The notes: generated by a model not told the origin, from the letters alone. Shown: positions 1-9,476, counted from the first letter of the stretch. The stretch is DNA of 64,000 bases from an uncultured Faecalibacterium sp. (GCA_964466825.1 CAYXQN010000001.1:112-64111); one strand, 5' to 3'. Program-made: numbers and translations.

Positions 1-1198
1 GCAGGAAGCCCTTGCGCTCGAGCTTGGCGTGATCCTCCGGGGTGGCGTGGTAGTGCATCATGGCAGCGTTTGCGCCGTAGGCGGCAATGGTGCCAAAGCT
101 TTCCACAAGGAACTTGTCCTGTGCGCTGCGGTACTTGTGCAGGATCTCGTCGATGGTCAGCTCGGTCAGCTCCTCCCCGGCGGCAAGGCGCTGCTCCAGC
201 TCGATCTGGAACCGCACCATCGCAACACCATCCCGGATGTGTGCTTCCTTCAGGTGTGCCAGCTCGGTCTCGTTCTTCACGCCCTTGAGCGGCAGCAGGG
301 GGTCGGCGGCGTTCTTCACGGTGAGGGCAGGGTTCTGCTCCAGCACCTGATACACTGCATAGTTGACCGTGGCGCTCTCTGCCAGAACGGTCTGCGGCTC
401 GGTCTCAGCGGCGAGGAAGTTCAGAACGTCATCGTATTCTGCCAGCGTCACGCCGTTGGCTTCCAGCTCTGCCTTGGCCTCGGCGGTCACACGGGAGGTG
501 TTGATGAACAGCACCGCACGATCCGGGGTGACGTAGCAATACGCCACGGCATAGGGGGTGCACTCGATGTCCATTGCGCGCAGGTTCAGCAGCCATGCAA
601 GGTTATCCAGTCTGCCCACGAGCTGTGCGGTGCAGCCTTCCTTTGCCAGCTTCTCGCGCAGCTGGGTCAGCTTTTCTGCCGGGGAGAAGCCCGCATACTC
701 CTTGCCCAGGATCCATGCCGGGGGCGTGGGCAGAGCAGGGCGGCCCTCCACCCACAGCTCGTCCTCCAGATTCAGGGTCTTGATGACAGCGCCCTTTGCA
801 TCCAGCTTTTCGCGCAGCTTGTTGACCAGCTCACAGCTTGCAGTCAGACCGCACAGGCCCAGTGCTTCGCCCTCGGACAGGACGTTGGCACAGTATTCTT
901 CCACAGTGGGCACGCCCGGCTCGCCCATGCGCTGGAGCTGGATCTCGGTGCCGGCGATCTCCTTTTCGGCCTGCACAAAATAGCGTCCGTCTGCCCACAG
1001 TGCGCTTTCGGTGCGGGTGACGACAAAGTTGGAGTTCTCGCCGTGGAAACCGGAGAAGTAGGTCAGCGAGGTGTAGTGGTCGGGCAGATACTCACTGGAG
1101 TGAGGGTCGCCCACCGGGATCAGGTAAGCGGCAACGCCGTTTTCCTCCATTGCAGCACGCAGAGCGGCGATGCGTTCGGGAACAGTGTTCATGCTCAT
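1..1198 (-). CDS. Xaa-Pro aminopeptidase (aminopeptidase P family), runs off the left edge
   Basis: Manual minus-strand translation from ATG at 1198: MSMNTVPERIAALRAAMEENGVAAYLIPVGDPHSSEYLPDHYTSLTYFSGFHGENS...LWADGRYFVQAEKE. DPHxSEY and DGRYxxQA are creatinase-N/APP motifs. RBS AGAAAGAAGG upstream. Absent from the ORF track. Confidence 0.9.
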   Translation of the reverse strand, partial: MSMNTVPERIAALRAAMEENGVAAYLIPVGDPHSSEYLPDHYTSLTYFSGFHGENSNFVVTRTESALWADGRYFVQAEKEIAGTEIQLQRMGEPGVPTVEEYCANVLSEGEALGLCGLTASCELVNKLREKLDAKGAVIKTLNLEDELWVEGRPALPTPPAWILGKEYAGFSPAEKLTQLREKLAKEGCTAQLVGRLDNLAWLLNLRAMDIECTPYAVAYCYVTPDRAVLFINTSRVTAEAKAELEANGVTLAEYDDVLNFLAAETEPQTVLAESATVNYAVYQVLEQNPALTVKNAADPLLPLKGVKNETELAHLKEAHIRDGVAMVRFQIELEQRLAAGEELTELTIDEILHKYRSAQDKFLVESFGTIAAYGANAAMMHYHATPEDHAKLERKGFL

Positions 1199-1304
1199 GA
1201 TAAAAGCCTTCTTTCTCAAGTTTTGCCGGAAGAACGTCCGGCGGCGGTGGTTTTTCTGTGTTCTATTGTATCATTCCAGCGGGCAGATTGCAACGAGCAG
1301 ACGC

Positions 1305-1346
1305 TTGACAGAATGTATCGCTTGTATTGCACTCAACAACACAAAG
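1305..1346 (+). promoter_or_regulatory. Promoter (-35 TTGACA at 1305-1310) overlapped by a YtrA-type operator TGTA-N13-CACA (1323-1343)
   Basis: Sequence cttgTATTGCACTCAACAACACAaag lies directly upstream of a YtrA-like GntR fragment. YtrA boxes are TGTA-N13-TACA; this site has one mismatch. Confidence 0.5.
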
Positions 1347-1368
1347 AAAAACAAAGGAGGAGTTCAGG

Positions 1369-1729
1369 ATGCTGTTCCGGCTGGATTTTCAGAGTGCGGT
1401 GCCCATCTACCGCCAGAGCCGGGATCAGGTGGTGCGGGCAGTCGCCAAAGGAGAACTTGTCCCCGGTGAACATCCGCTGCAGGTTGTGGACACCCGTGCC
1501 TCGGAGCAGAGCCTGCCAAAGCCTATCGGACTGTGGACACTGGTGCTGCTGTGGGTCTGCGGGCGGTGGACCTTCCGCCGCCGGGAGGATATGGTCACCG
1601 GGGATTCAGACCGCAACCAGACCCTTTTTGCAGGTGGAAGCCGCAGGGCAGACCTACTGGCTGACGGCAGAAAGCAGTACCCTGACCCGGGAATTTGCGC
1701 AGTGGCTTTCGGAACGAGAAATAAGCTGA
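1369..1729 (+). pseudogene. Collapsed YtrA/GntR regulator fused to a remnant of a downstream membrane-protein gene
   Basis: Strong RBS AAAGGAGG, then MLFRLDFQSAVPIYRQSRDQVVRAVAKGELVPGEH (YtrA N-terminus) that breaks before LPSxRxLA. An unrelated hydrophobic stretch follows, and a protein-like tail in another frame (PFLQVEAAGQTYWLTAESSTLTREFAQWL*) ends at 1729, before a terminator. Confidence 0.65.
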
Positions 1730-1750
1730 CCAGAGACAGCCTCTGTGCAG

Positions 1751-1782
1751 AGCGCTCCCGCCGTTTGGCGGGGGCGCTTTTT
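1751..1782 (+). terminator. Intrinsic terminator
   Basis: AGCGCTCCCGCC-GTTT-GGCGGGGGCGCT followed by a T run. Confidence 0.7.
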
Positions 1783-1947
1783 GCGCCGGACAAATTTTTC
1801 TGCCCGAAAACGCAAAAAAGTTACAAATTCTTCGCGAAAAACGCCCGTATCCCATTGACAACCTTGTTATAATAGGTGTGTAGGATTTTTTACAGAGCCA
1901 GCACTCTGCGGCTCTGTCTGCTTGAAAAAGAAAGAGGCATTTGAATC

Positions 1948-3267
1948 ATGACCAAAATTGATATTTTTTCCGGCTTCCTCGGTGCAGGCAAGACGACCCT
2001 GATCAAGAAGCTGATCCAGGAGTCCTTTGCCGGGCAGAAGGTCGTTCTGATCGAGAACGAGTTCGGCGAGATCGGCATCGACGGCGGCTTTTTGCAGGAG
2101 TCCGGCATCCAGATCAATGAGCTGAACGCCGGCTGCATCTGCTGCTCTCTGGTGGGCGATTTCCGCACCGCACTGGAGCAGGTGGTGGAGCAGTACCACC
2201 CCGACCGCATCGTGATCGAGCCGTCCGGCGTGGGCAAGCTGTCCGACGTGACCCGTGCAGTCGAGGGCGTTGCCGAGCATCTGGACGTGGAGCTGAGCAG
2301 CTTTGTCACCGTTGCAGATGTAAACAAGGTCAAGATGTATATGAAGAACTTTGGCGAGTTCTACGATGACCAGATCAGCCATGCAAGCTGCATCCTGCTC
2401 AGCCGTACCCAGACCGCCAGCGAGGAGAAGATCGCTGCTGCGGTCGCTCTGCTGCGCGAGAAGAACCCCACTGCGACCATCGTGACCACCGCTTGGGATG
2501 TGCTGACCGGTGAGCAGATCCTGAAGGCAATGTCCACCAAGGACGACTTCAAGGCAGAGCTGATCGAGATGGCAGCCAAGGCAAATGCGGAGCACGCCCA
2601 CGAGGACGAGGAGCATGAGCATCACCACCATCATCACGATCATGAGGAGCATGACCACGAGCACGACGAGCATTGCTGCTGTGGTCATCACTACCATGAC
2701 GAGGATGAGGACGAGGAACACGAGCATCACTGCCACCATCACCACGACCATGACGAAGATGATCACGAGCATGATGAGCATTGCTGCTGTGGTCATCACC
2801 ACCATGATGAGGATGAGGACGAGCACCACTGCCGCCATCACCATGATCACGACCACGATGAGCACGATCATGAGCATGACGAGCATTGCTGCTGCGGCCA
2901 CCACCATGACCACGAGGACGAGGATCACGAGCACCATCACCACGATCACGACGGTCACTGCTGCTGCGGTCACCATCATCACGATCATGATGCCGCTGAA
3001 GTGTTCACCAGCTGGGGCGTGGAAACGGCCCGCAAGTTCACCAAGGCAGAGATCGAACACGCACTCACCGAGCTGGATGGCGGCGCTTACGGCATGATCC
3101 TGCGCTCCAAGGGCATCGTGGACGGCGGTGCAGACGGCTGGCTGGAGTTCGACTACGTTCCCGGCGAGTGGGAAGTCCGTTCCCGCAGCGCAGATGTTGG
3201 CGGCAAGCTGGTGGTCATCGGCTCCAAGATGGACGAAAAGGCGATCGCCGCTCTGTTTGGCTGCTGA
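1948..3267 (+). CDS. COG0523/CobW-family (YeiR-like) G3E GTPase metallochaperone with a His/Cys-rich insert
   Basis: GFLGAGKTT Walker A, ENEFGE, GCICC metal motif, IEPSG, and a CobW_C domain (LRSKG). Confidence 0.93.
   Translation: MTKIDIFSGFLGAGKTTLIKKLIQESFAGQKVVLIENEFGEIGIDGGFLQESGIQINELNAGCICCSLVGDFRTALEQVVEQYHPDRIVIEPSGVGKLSDVTRAVEGVAEHLDVELSSFVTVADVNKVKMYMKNFGEFYDDQISHASCILLSRTQTASEEKIAAAVALLREKNPTATIVTTAWDVLTGEQILKAMSTKDDFKAELIEMAAKANAEHAHEDEEHEHHHHHHDHEEHDHEHDEHCCCGHHYHDEDEDEEHEHHCHHHHDHDEDDHEHDEHCCCGHHHHDEDEDEHHCRHHHDHDHDEHDHEHDEHCCCGHHHDHEDEDHEHHHHDHDGHCCCGHHHHDHDAAEVFTSWGVETARKFTKAEIEHALTELDGGAYGMILRSKGIVDGGADGWLEFDYVPGEWEVRSRSADVGGKLVVIGSKMDEKAIAALFGC
2590..2990 (+). repeat. Imperfect in-frame tandem repeat encoding four (E/G)HCCCGHH units in a His/Asp/Glu tract
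   Basis: Repeated GAGCATTGCTGCTGTGGTCATCAC-like units in the DNA and in the translation. Confidence 0.9.
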
Positions 3268-3324
3268 GCACTTCCCCGATATCTGCATTTCAAAAACACT
3301 GCAAAGGCAGTTTAAGGAGCAACT

Positions 3325-4287
3325 ATGGCAAAAGAAATTCCGGTATACCTGTTTGTGGGCTTCCTCGAAAGCGGTAAGACCAAGTTCATTCAGGAGACCT
3401 TTGAGGACCCCAATTTTGATTCCGGCGACAAGACCCTGCTGCTGGTCTGCGAGGAAGGCGAGGAAGAGTACAACGAGAAGAAGTTTGCCTTCCCCGGCGT
3501 AACGGTCGCCACCATCTCGGACAAGTCCGAGCTGAACCCCCAGAACCTCGCCCGTCTGGGCAAGGAGGCCGATGCCGGCCGTGTGGTCATTGAGTACAAC
3601 GGTATGTGGCTGCTGCAGGATCTGGCAGAGGCTGTGCCGGAGAACTGGATCGTCTACCAGTGCATCGCCACGGCAGACGGCACAACAGCCCTGACCTATG
3701 CCCGTGACAACTCGATGCGCAGCCTGCTGCTGGACAAGATCGCCCGCAGCGAGCTGATCGTGTTCAACCGCGCCGAAAAGGTCAACACCGACGAGATCCG
3801 TCAGGAGCTGCACAAGCTGGTCCGTCAGGCATCCCGCAAGTGCGACATCGCCTACGAGTTTGAAGACGGCAGCGTAGCATACGATGACATCCCCGATCCG
3901 CTGCCCTTTGACATCAATGCAGATGTCGTCGAGATCCACGATGAGGATTTCGGCATCTGGTATATGGATTGCCAGGATGAGCCGCAGAAGTACGTTGGCA
4001 AGACGGTCAAGTTCCTGGCACAGGTCTGCCAGACCAACCGCGCGGGCAAGAACAGCTTTGTTCCCGGCCGCTTTGCCATGACCTGCTGCGTGCAGGACAT
4101 CCAGTTTGTCGGTTTCCCCTGCGTGTACGACGGATACAAGGCGCTGGAGCAGCGTTCCTGGGTCACCGTGACTGCAAAGGTCAACTACAAGTTCCACAAC
4201 ATCTACCGTGGCAAAGGCCCCGTGCTGACCGCCATTGCGGTGGAGCCGGGCGAAAAGCCGCAGGATGAAGTTGTAATGTTCTCTTAA
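3325..4287 (+). CDS. Degenerate CobW-like GTPase domain fused to a DUF1980/TIGR03943 (YcgQ-like) C-terminal domain
   Basis: N-terminal GFLESGKT and IEYNG; C-terminal GRFAMTCCVQDIQFVG resembles the RFxxTCCxAD motif of DUF1980. Confidence 0.75.
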   Translation: MAKEIPVYLFVGFLESGKTKFIQETFEDPNFDSGDKTLLLVCEEGEEEYNEKKFAFPGVTVATISDKSELNPQNLARLGKEADAGRVVIEYNGMWLLQDLAEAVPENWIVYQCIATADGTTALTYARDNSMRSLLLDKIARSELIVFNRAEKVNTDEIRQELHKLVRQASRKCDIAYEFEDGSVAYDDIPDPLPFDINADVVEIHDEDFGIWYMDCQDEPQKYVGKTVKFLAQVCQTNRAGKNSFVPGRFAMTCCVQDIQFVGFPCVYDGYKALEQRSWVTVTAKVNYKFHNIYRGKGPVLTAIAVEPGEKPQDEVVMFS

Positions 4288-4310
4288 ATAAAATCAAGGG
4301 AGGTCCTGTT

Positions 4311-4769
4311 ATGAAAACCATCTTCCGTATCCTTGGCACGGCTGCAGCTGTGGCCGTTACCGGCGCTGCGATCTATGCGCTGGACAAGATCCTGAACCAG
4401 AAGGACCCGCTCCATGTGGAAGCGGTGGAGTTCCCGGAGGAGGCCGAAACCGACGCCGCTGAAGCGGAAAAGACCGCCGAAGCCTATGCCGAAGGCGAAG
4501 CCAGAGCTGAAGCTGAATCCGCTGTTTCTGCCGAGGAATCCGCCCCGGCAGAACCTGCCGCCGAGGAGCCGGAACAGGCCCACATCCCTACTCCCCTGCC
4601 CGACTGGAGCGAGGAGCGCCCCATCCATGAGGATGGCGCACCCAACCCCAACCCTGTGGAGGCAGGCCCCGCCGTTGCGCCCAAGGACGAGAACGGCAAG
4701 TTTGACCCCACCAAGATCGCAGAATCCTCGGATTTTGCCAACTGGGAAGAACAGGGCTGCCAGGGCTAA
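4311..4769 (+). CDS. Hypothetical acidic Ala/Glu/Pro-rich protein with an N-terminal membrane anchor
   Basis: RBS GGGAGG, hydrophobic N-terminal helix, low-complexity body, terminator downstream. Confidence 0.75.
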   Translation: MKTIFRILGTAAAVAVTGAAIYALDKILNQKDPLHVEAVEFPEEAETDAAEAEKTAEAYAEGEARAEAESAVSAEESAPAEPAAEEPEQAHIPTPLPDWSEERPIHEDGAPNPNPVEAGPAVAPKDENGKFDPTKIAESSDFANWEEQGCQG

Positions 4770-4779
4770 AACAGAAACA

Positions 4780-4820
4780 CAACAAAAAAGGGACCGCTTA
4801 AAGCGGTCCCTTTTTTGTTG
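4780..4820. terminator. Bidirectional intrinsic terminator
   Basis: CAACAAAAAAGGGACCGCT-TAA-AGCGGTCCCTTTTTTGTTG between convergent genes. Confidence 0.85.
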
Positions 4821-4858
4821 TGCAGACAAATTGATCGAAGGAGAATTCTTCGGGGATG

Positions 4859-6214
4859 TCAGGCAAAGAAAGAGATCACGAGTGCAACTGCAAAGCCGAC
4901 TGTGCCTACCAGAGTTTCCATGATGGTCCAGGTCTTGAGGGTGGTCTTTTCGTCCAGACCGACAAGACTCTTGACCAGCCAGAAGCCGGAGTCGTTGAAG
5001 TGAGAGCAGACGGTGGAGCCGCCTGCGATCGCAGCAGTGACACACGCCAGATACAGCGGCGAAAGCTCGCTGATGCCGGGCATAGCGGCGATGATACCGG
5101 CTGCCATGGTCATTGCGACCGTTGCCGAGCCGACCGAGACACGCACCAGTGCAGCAACGATAAAGGCCACCAGGACCAGCGGCAGGCTGGCAGAGGCAAC
5201 AGCGTTGCCAATAACATCGCCAAGACCCGAGTTCTGGAGCATATAGCGCAGTACGCCGCCGCAGGCAGTGACCAGCAGGATCATACCGGTAGGTTCCAGA
5301 GATTTGGTCAGGATCGTCTCCAGCTGCTGGTTGGAGTAGCCGTGGCGGGTGCCCAGCAGATACATCGCTGCGATAACAGCGAGGGTCAGCGCAACGAACG
5401 GCTCACCGAGGAAAGCAAGGATGGGCTGGATGCCTGCCAGAGCGGGCACGACCTTAGCGACCGAGTTCGCAATGATGAGGACCAGCGGGATCAGGATGAT
5501 TCCAACGATGGTGCCAAAGCCGGGCAGCTTGCTCTCGTCAAAATCCTCCTGCCGGGCAACGTGCTCCGGCACCGCGACCATGTACTTTTTACCGCAGATG
5601 CTGCCCCAGATGGGACCAGCCACGATCATGGCAAACAGACCGCAGAAGATGCCGACCAGAATGACCCAGCCCAGATCCACGCCCAGCATGGTAGCGACCA
5701 GCACCGGGCCCGGTGTGGGCGGGATAAAGGCATGACCGACCGCAAGGCCTGCCAGCAGAGGGATAACGTAGTACAGTACCGAACGGTTGGTGCGCTTTGC
5801 CAAAGAGAATGCAAGCGGGATCAGGATGATCAGACCGGCATCAAAGAATACCGGGATGGAGACAACCAGACCGGTAAGACCCAGTGCCCACGCCGCTTTT
5901 TCATCGCCAAATTTACGCACCATGGTCACAGCCAGGGTCTGTGCACCGCCGGAAACTTCCAGAATGGCACCAAACATGGAGCCCAGACCCACCAGAAGGG
6001 CGATACCCTTCAACGTGTTGCCAATGCCTTCGTTGACCGAGCCGACGATGGCATCCAACGGCATCCCGGACATCAGACCGATGGCAACTGCACCGACCAG
6101 AATGGAGATCATAGCGTGTACTTTGAATTTGATAATGAGGACCAGCAGTAAGATAAGACCTGCAACGGCGGCAAAGACCAGCCGGGCAGCATCCGGGTTT
6201 GCAAGAGTCGTCAT
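4859..6214 (-). CDS. gntP: GntP-family gluconate/sugar-acid:H+ symporter
   Basis: SIPVFFDAG, HAFIPPTPGP, SHFNDSGFWLV and TLKTWT motifs. Confidence 0.92.
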   Translation of the reverse strand: MTTLANPDAARLVFAAVAGLILLLVLIIKFKVHAMISILVGAVAIGLMSGMPLDAIVGSVNEGIGNTLKGIALLVGLGSMFGAILEVSGGAQTLAVTMVRKFGDEKAAWALGLTGLVVSIPVFFDAGLIILIPLAFSLAKRTNRSVLYYVIPLLAGLAVGHAFIPPTPGPVLVATMLGVDLGWVILVGIFCGLFAMIVAGPIWGSICGKKYMVAVPEHVARQEDFDESKLPGFGTIVGIILIPLVLIIANSVAKVVPALAGIQPILAFLGEPFVALTLAVIAAMYLLGTRHGYSNQQLETILTKSLEPTGMILLVTACGGVLRYMLQNSGLGDVIGNAVASASLPLVLVAFIVAALVRVSVGSATVAMTMAAGIIAAMPGISELSPLYLACVTAAIAGGSTVCSHFNDSGFWLVKSLVGLDEKTTLKTWTIMETLVGTVGFAVALVISFFA

Positions 6215-6245
6215 TCAGTTTTCCTCCCTGTAAATCAGATGACAA

Positions 6246-8051
6246 TTATTCCATATAAGCGCCCTTCATAGGGCTGACTGCATGCTGAGAGTAAAATTTG
6301 AGCAGACCGTGCGGATACTTCGGCGCTTTGGGCTGCCAGTTGGCACGGCGCTGGGCGAGGATCGCGTCCATCTCGGCGGGGGTCTTAGGCTCGCCCTTAA
6401 CGCCCACGATGGCAAGCAGACGGTTCGGGATATCGATCTGGACCAGATCGTCCTTTTCCACCAGTGCGATGGGTCCGCCGACCGCTGCCTCCGGGCTGAC
6501 ATGCCCGATCACCGGGCCACGGCTTGCGCCGGAAAAACGCCCGTCGGTGATGAGGGCTACGCTGGCGGCAAGCTTCGGGTCGGCGCAGATCGCTTCGCCG
6601 GTGTAGAACATTTCCGGCATACCGCTGCCGCGAGGGCCTTCGTAGCGGATAAAGATGGCATCGCCGGGTTGAACATCACCATGCAGAACGGCTGCGATGC
6701 ACTCCTCCTCGCTGTCGTACGGCTTGGCGCGCAGAGTTGCAGCGAACATATTCTTGGGGCAGGCGGTGTGCTTGATCACACTGCCCTCCGGGGCGAGGTT
6801 ACCCTTCAGGATGGCGATGCTGCCATCGGTGCCTTTGGCGTTGTCGAAGCTGTGGATGATTTCCTCCCGGCTGACGGAGATACCCAGACCTCTGGTCTTT
6901 TCCCGCAGGATCTGGTCGCAATGGTCATAAAAACCGCTGCGCTTCAGCTCTTCGAGATTTTCACCCAGCGTCTTGCCGGTAACGGTCATCACATCCAGAT
7001 GCAACATGGATTTGATCTCCTCCATGACACGGGGCACACCGCCGGCATAGTAGAAATACTGGGCAGGCCAGTCGCCAGAGGGGCGGATGTTCAGCAGGTA
7101 ATGTGCCCCCCGGTGCATTCGGTCAAAGGTCTCTGCGTCGATCTCAATGCCGAACTCATGGGCGATGGCAGGCAGGTGCATGGTGGCGTTGGTGGAGCCG
7201 GAGATGGCTGCGTGCACCATAATCGCGTTTTCAAAGCTCTTGCGGGTCACGATGTCCTTGGCACGGATGCCCTGTGCCACCAGCTTCATGAGCTGTGCGC
7301 CTGCATCGTAGGCGGCCTGTTTCAACTCAGGAGCGGTGGCAGGCATCAGAGCGGTGCCGGGCAGCATCAGACCCAGTGCCTCTGCCATGATCTGCATGGT
7401 GGAGGCTGTGCCCATAAAGGAGCAGGCACCGCAGCTGGGACAGGCGTGCTGCTTGTAGTAGTCCAGCTGATCGTTCTGGATCACGCCGGTCTTTTCCCAC
7501 GCATCGAACTTGCCGATCTGCTCCAGCGTCAGCAGCTCGTTGATCGCGCAGGCAGAGTCGCTGACCACATACTTGTCGGGCAGGGAGTGAGCTTCCATCA
7601 CACCGCCGGTGACGACGATGGCGCTCATCTCCTTCAGTCTGCCGATGCTCATCAGCATAGCAGGCACCGACTTGTCGCAGCTTGCCACGAATACGCCGCC
7701 GTCATAGACGGATGCGTTGGCCTGTGCTTCCACAAGGTTGACGATGGCATCACGGTGGGGCAGCGAATAGTTGATGCCATCATGTCCCTGTGCAATGCCG
7801 TCGCACATATCGGTGGCATAGTAGCGCGCAGCCTTGCCGCCGTGAGCGTTCACCGCACGGACAGCCTCCTGCACGAACTGGTCGAGGTGGGCACTGCCGG
7901 GGTGACTGTCACCAAAGGTGCTTTCCACAAAGATCTGCGGTTTTGCCAGATCTTCTACCTGCCAGCCCATACCGATCTTCAAAGGATCATTTTCCGGTGC
8001 AAGAGTGCGTACCACTTGCGAACGCAGTTCCATCATTTCCATTGCCTCCAT
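6246..8051 (-). CDS. IlvD/Edd-family [Fe-S] dehydratase, probably a sugar-acid (gluconate-type) dehydratase
   Basis: MCDG, SCDK, CGACSFMGTASTM, GSTNA, GPRGSGMPEM, ITDGRFSG and GHVSPEAA motifs; co-oriented with gntP. Exact start among the N-terminal Mets is uncertain. Confidence 0.9.
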   Translation of the reverse strand: MEAMEMMELRSQVVRTLAPENDPLKIGMGWQVEDLAKPQIFVESTFGDSHPGSAHLDQFVQEAVRAVNAHGGKAARYYATDMCDGIAQGHDGINYSLPHRDAIVNLVEAQANASVYDGGVFVASCDKSVPAMLMSIGRLKEMSAIVVTGGVMEAHSLPDKYVVSDSACAINELLTLEQIGKFDAWEKTGVIQNDQLDYYKQHACPSCGACSFMGTASTMQIMAEALGLMLPGTALMPATAPELKQAAYDAGAQLMKLVAQGIRAKDIVTRKSFENAIMVHAAISGSTNATMHLPAIAHEFGIEIDAETFDRMHRGAHYLLNIRPSGDWPAQYFYYAGGVPRVMEEIKSMLHLDVMTVTGKTLGENLEELKRSGFYDHCDQILREKTRGLGISVSREEIIHSFDNAKGTDGSIAILKGNLAPEGSVIKHTACPKNMFAATLRAKPYDSEEECIAAVLHGDVQPGDAIFIRYEGPRGSGMPEMFYTGEAICADPKLAASVALITDGRFSGASRGPVIGHVSPEAAVGGPIALVEKDDLVQIDIPNRLLAIVGVKGEPKTPAEMDAILAQRRANWQPKAPKYPHGLLKFYSQHAVSPMKGAYME

Positions 8052-8074
8052 TGCTCTATAAATCGTGGTGTTTT

Positions 8075-8125
8075 CCGTAGGACGTCTTACGGTTTTATTG
8101 TAATTTGCGCAAAGAGGTTTTGCAA
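8075..8125 (-). promoter_or_regulatory. Sigma-A promoter (TTGCAA-17-TACAAT) of the dehydratase-gntP operon with a palindromic operator over the start site
   Basis: Minus strand -35 at 8120-8125 and -10 at 8097-8102; near-perfect palindrome CCGTAGGACGTCTTACGG at 8075-8092. Confidence 0.65.
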
Positions 8126-8250
8126 GTCATCCCGGACAAGACCCACTTTTCGCCCAAAAAAGAGCGTTTCTTTGTTGCAGTTCGCTCAAAAAATCAGGAT
8201 ATCCTTGGCAAAAGTGCCAGAAGAACGGTGCGAAAACGATTCGGGAACAA

Positions 8251-8269
8251 AAAGTTGTCAGACAACTTT
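8251..8269. promoter_or_regulatory. Perfect palindrome AAAGTTGTC-A-GACAACTTT, candidate FadR/GntR operator
   Basis: Fits the GT-Nx-AC pattern of GntR-family operators; adjacent to the FadR gene. Confidence 0.5.
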
Positions 8270-8287
8270 GCATAAAAAAAGAGCCGG

Positions 8288-9004
8288 TCATTCGACCGGC
8301 TCGCCATCGTTCAGTTTTTTGATATAGGTGCGGTTGAAGTTCAGGTGCATCACCATTGCAGAGCGCGCCCCGATGGGGTCGTGCCGTGCAATGGCATCCA
8401 CCAGCATCCTGTGGGTCAGGATGGTCTCGTCCAGCAGTTTTTTGTGGGTAACATTGACGAACATTAGCACTGCTGTGTCGATGATGGGGATCAGCTGTTC
8501 CACCACCATGTTCTTACTGCTTTCTGCAATACAGGTGTGGAAGGCAATGTCATCTTCAATATAGCGCTCACCGCTCTGGATCTTAGACTCCACCCGGTCG
8601 CACAGGCGGCGGATCCGGTCGATGTCTTCTTCGGTGGCGTTCAGCGCCGCCATTTCTGCCATGCCGGGTTCCAGCAGGAGCCGCACATTGACAAGATCCA
8701 GCGCAAGAGCATTTTTGTCCTGCACTGAGCGCAGCCCCAGCGGATCAGACAGGCCTTTGGCCGTGGTCACAACATAAGTGCCGGAGCCGCGGCGCACCTC
8801 CACAATGCCCTTGCTGGACAGCAGCTTGATCGCTTCCCGGATGGTGCTGCGCCCCACGCCGAACTTTTCGCCCAACGCAAACTCATTTGGCAGCTTTGCG
8901 CCCGGCTCCAGAGGTGTGTCCAGAATGTAATGATAGATCTGGTCCTCCACCTGCTCGGCCAGGAGGGCGTGTTTCAGGTGTGAAAGTTCCCCCACAAAAA
9001 TCAC
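8288..9004 (-). CDS. FadR/GntR-family transcriptional regulator (FCD domain)
   Basis: PGAKLPNEFALGEKFGVGRSTIREA...RRGSGTYV HTH; DIAFH...N FCD motif. Confidence 0.92.
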   Translation of the reverse strand: MIFVGELSHLKHALLAEQVEDQIYHYILDTPLEPGAKLPNEFALGEKFGVGRSTIREAIKLLSSKGIVEVRRGSGTYVVTTAKGLSDPLGLRSVQDKNALALDLVNVRLLLEPGMAEMAALNATEEDIDRIRRLCDRVESKIQSGERYIEDDIAFHTCIAESSKNMVVEQLIPIIDTAVLMFVNVTHKKLLDETILTHRMLVDAIARHDPIGARSAMVMHLNFNRTYIKKLNDGEPVE

Positions 9005-9029
9005 CTGCCTGTTCTGTCTGCATAGCGGC

Positions 9030-9476
9030 TTACTTTTGCAAAGCGTTCAGCTCCGGCATCAGCTCGCCGCTGATAATGGTCAGCATTTCTTCCAGCTTTG
9101 CGCACTCCTCCGGGCTGAACCGGCTGCGGGCGCGCTCCACCACCGTGTTAAGGTATGCATAACTGATGTTATAATAGTCGATATATTTTTGGGTCGGGCG
9201 CAGATGGTATTCTCTGCGGTCAATGGAAGACTGCAGTTTTTCCAGATAGCCCTTGCGCACCAGGCAGCCGATCTTGTAGGCTGCATTGGGGGTGGAGATC
9301 TGCATCATGCGGGCAAACTCCGCAATTGTCGGCTCTCCCATCGCCATAATGCCTTCCATGCAAAAGGTCTCCACAGTTGTCAGCGGCGCATCCTTTTCGG
9401 TAAAGTGCTGGAAGACGTTTTGATAAAAGTGCAGTTTGAATTTGGTGTATACGTCCCGAAATGCTTTTTCCAGCAT
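9030..9476 (-). CDS. MarR-family winged-helix regulator
   Basis: PTIAEFARMMQISTPNAAYKIGCLVRKGYLEK...DRREYHL; RBS GGAGG before ATG at 9476. Confidence 0.85.
   Translation of the reverse strand: MLEKAFRDVYTKFKLHFYQNVFQHFTEKDAPLTTVETFCMEGIMAMGEPTIAEFARMMQISTPNAAYKIGCLVRKGYLEKLQSSIDRREYHLRPTQKYIDYYNISYAYLNTVVERARSRFSPEECAKLEEMLTIISGELMPELNALQK

Noticed and set aside
29-1729. 566-aa plus-strand ORF
   Set aside because: It is mostly the antisense of the aminopeptidase P gene. Only its last roughly 45 codons look protein-like, and these were assigned to the pseudogene.
2590-2990. Repeat array as a possible CRISPR
   Set aside because: The repeats are in-frame His/Glu/Asp/Cys codons inside a CDS, with no unique spacers and no cas genes.
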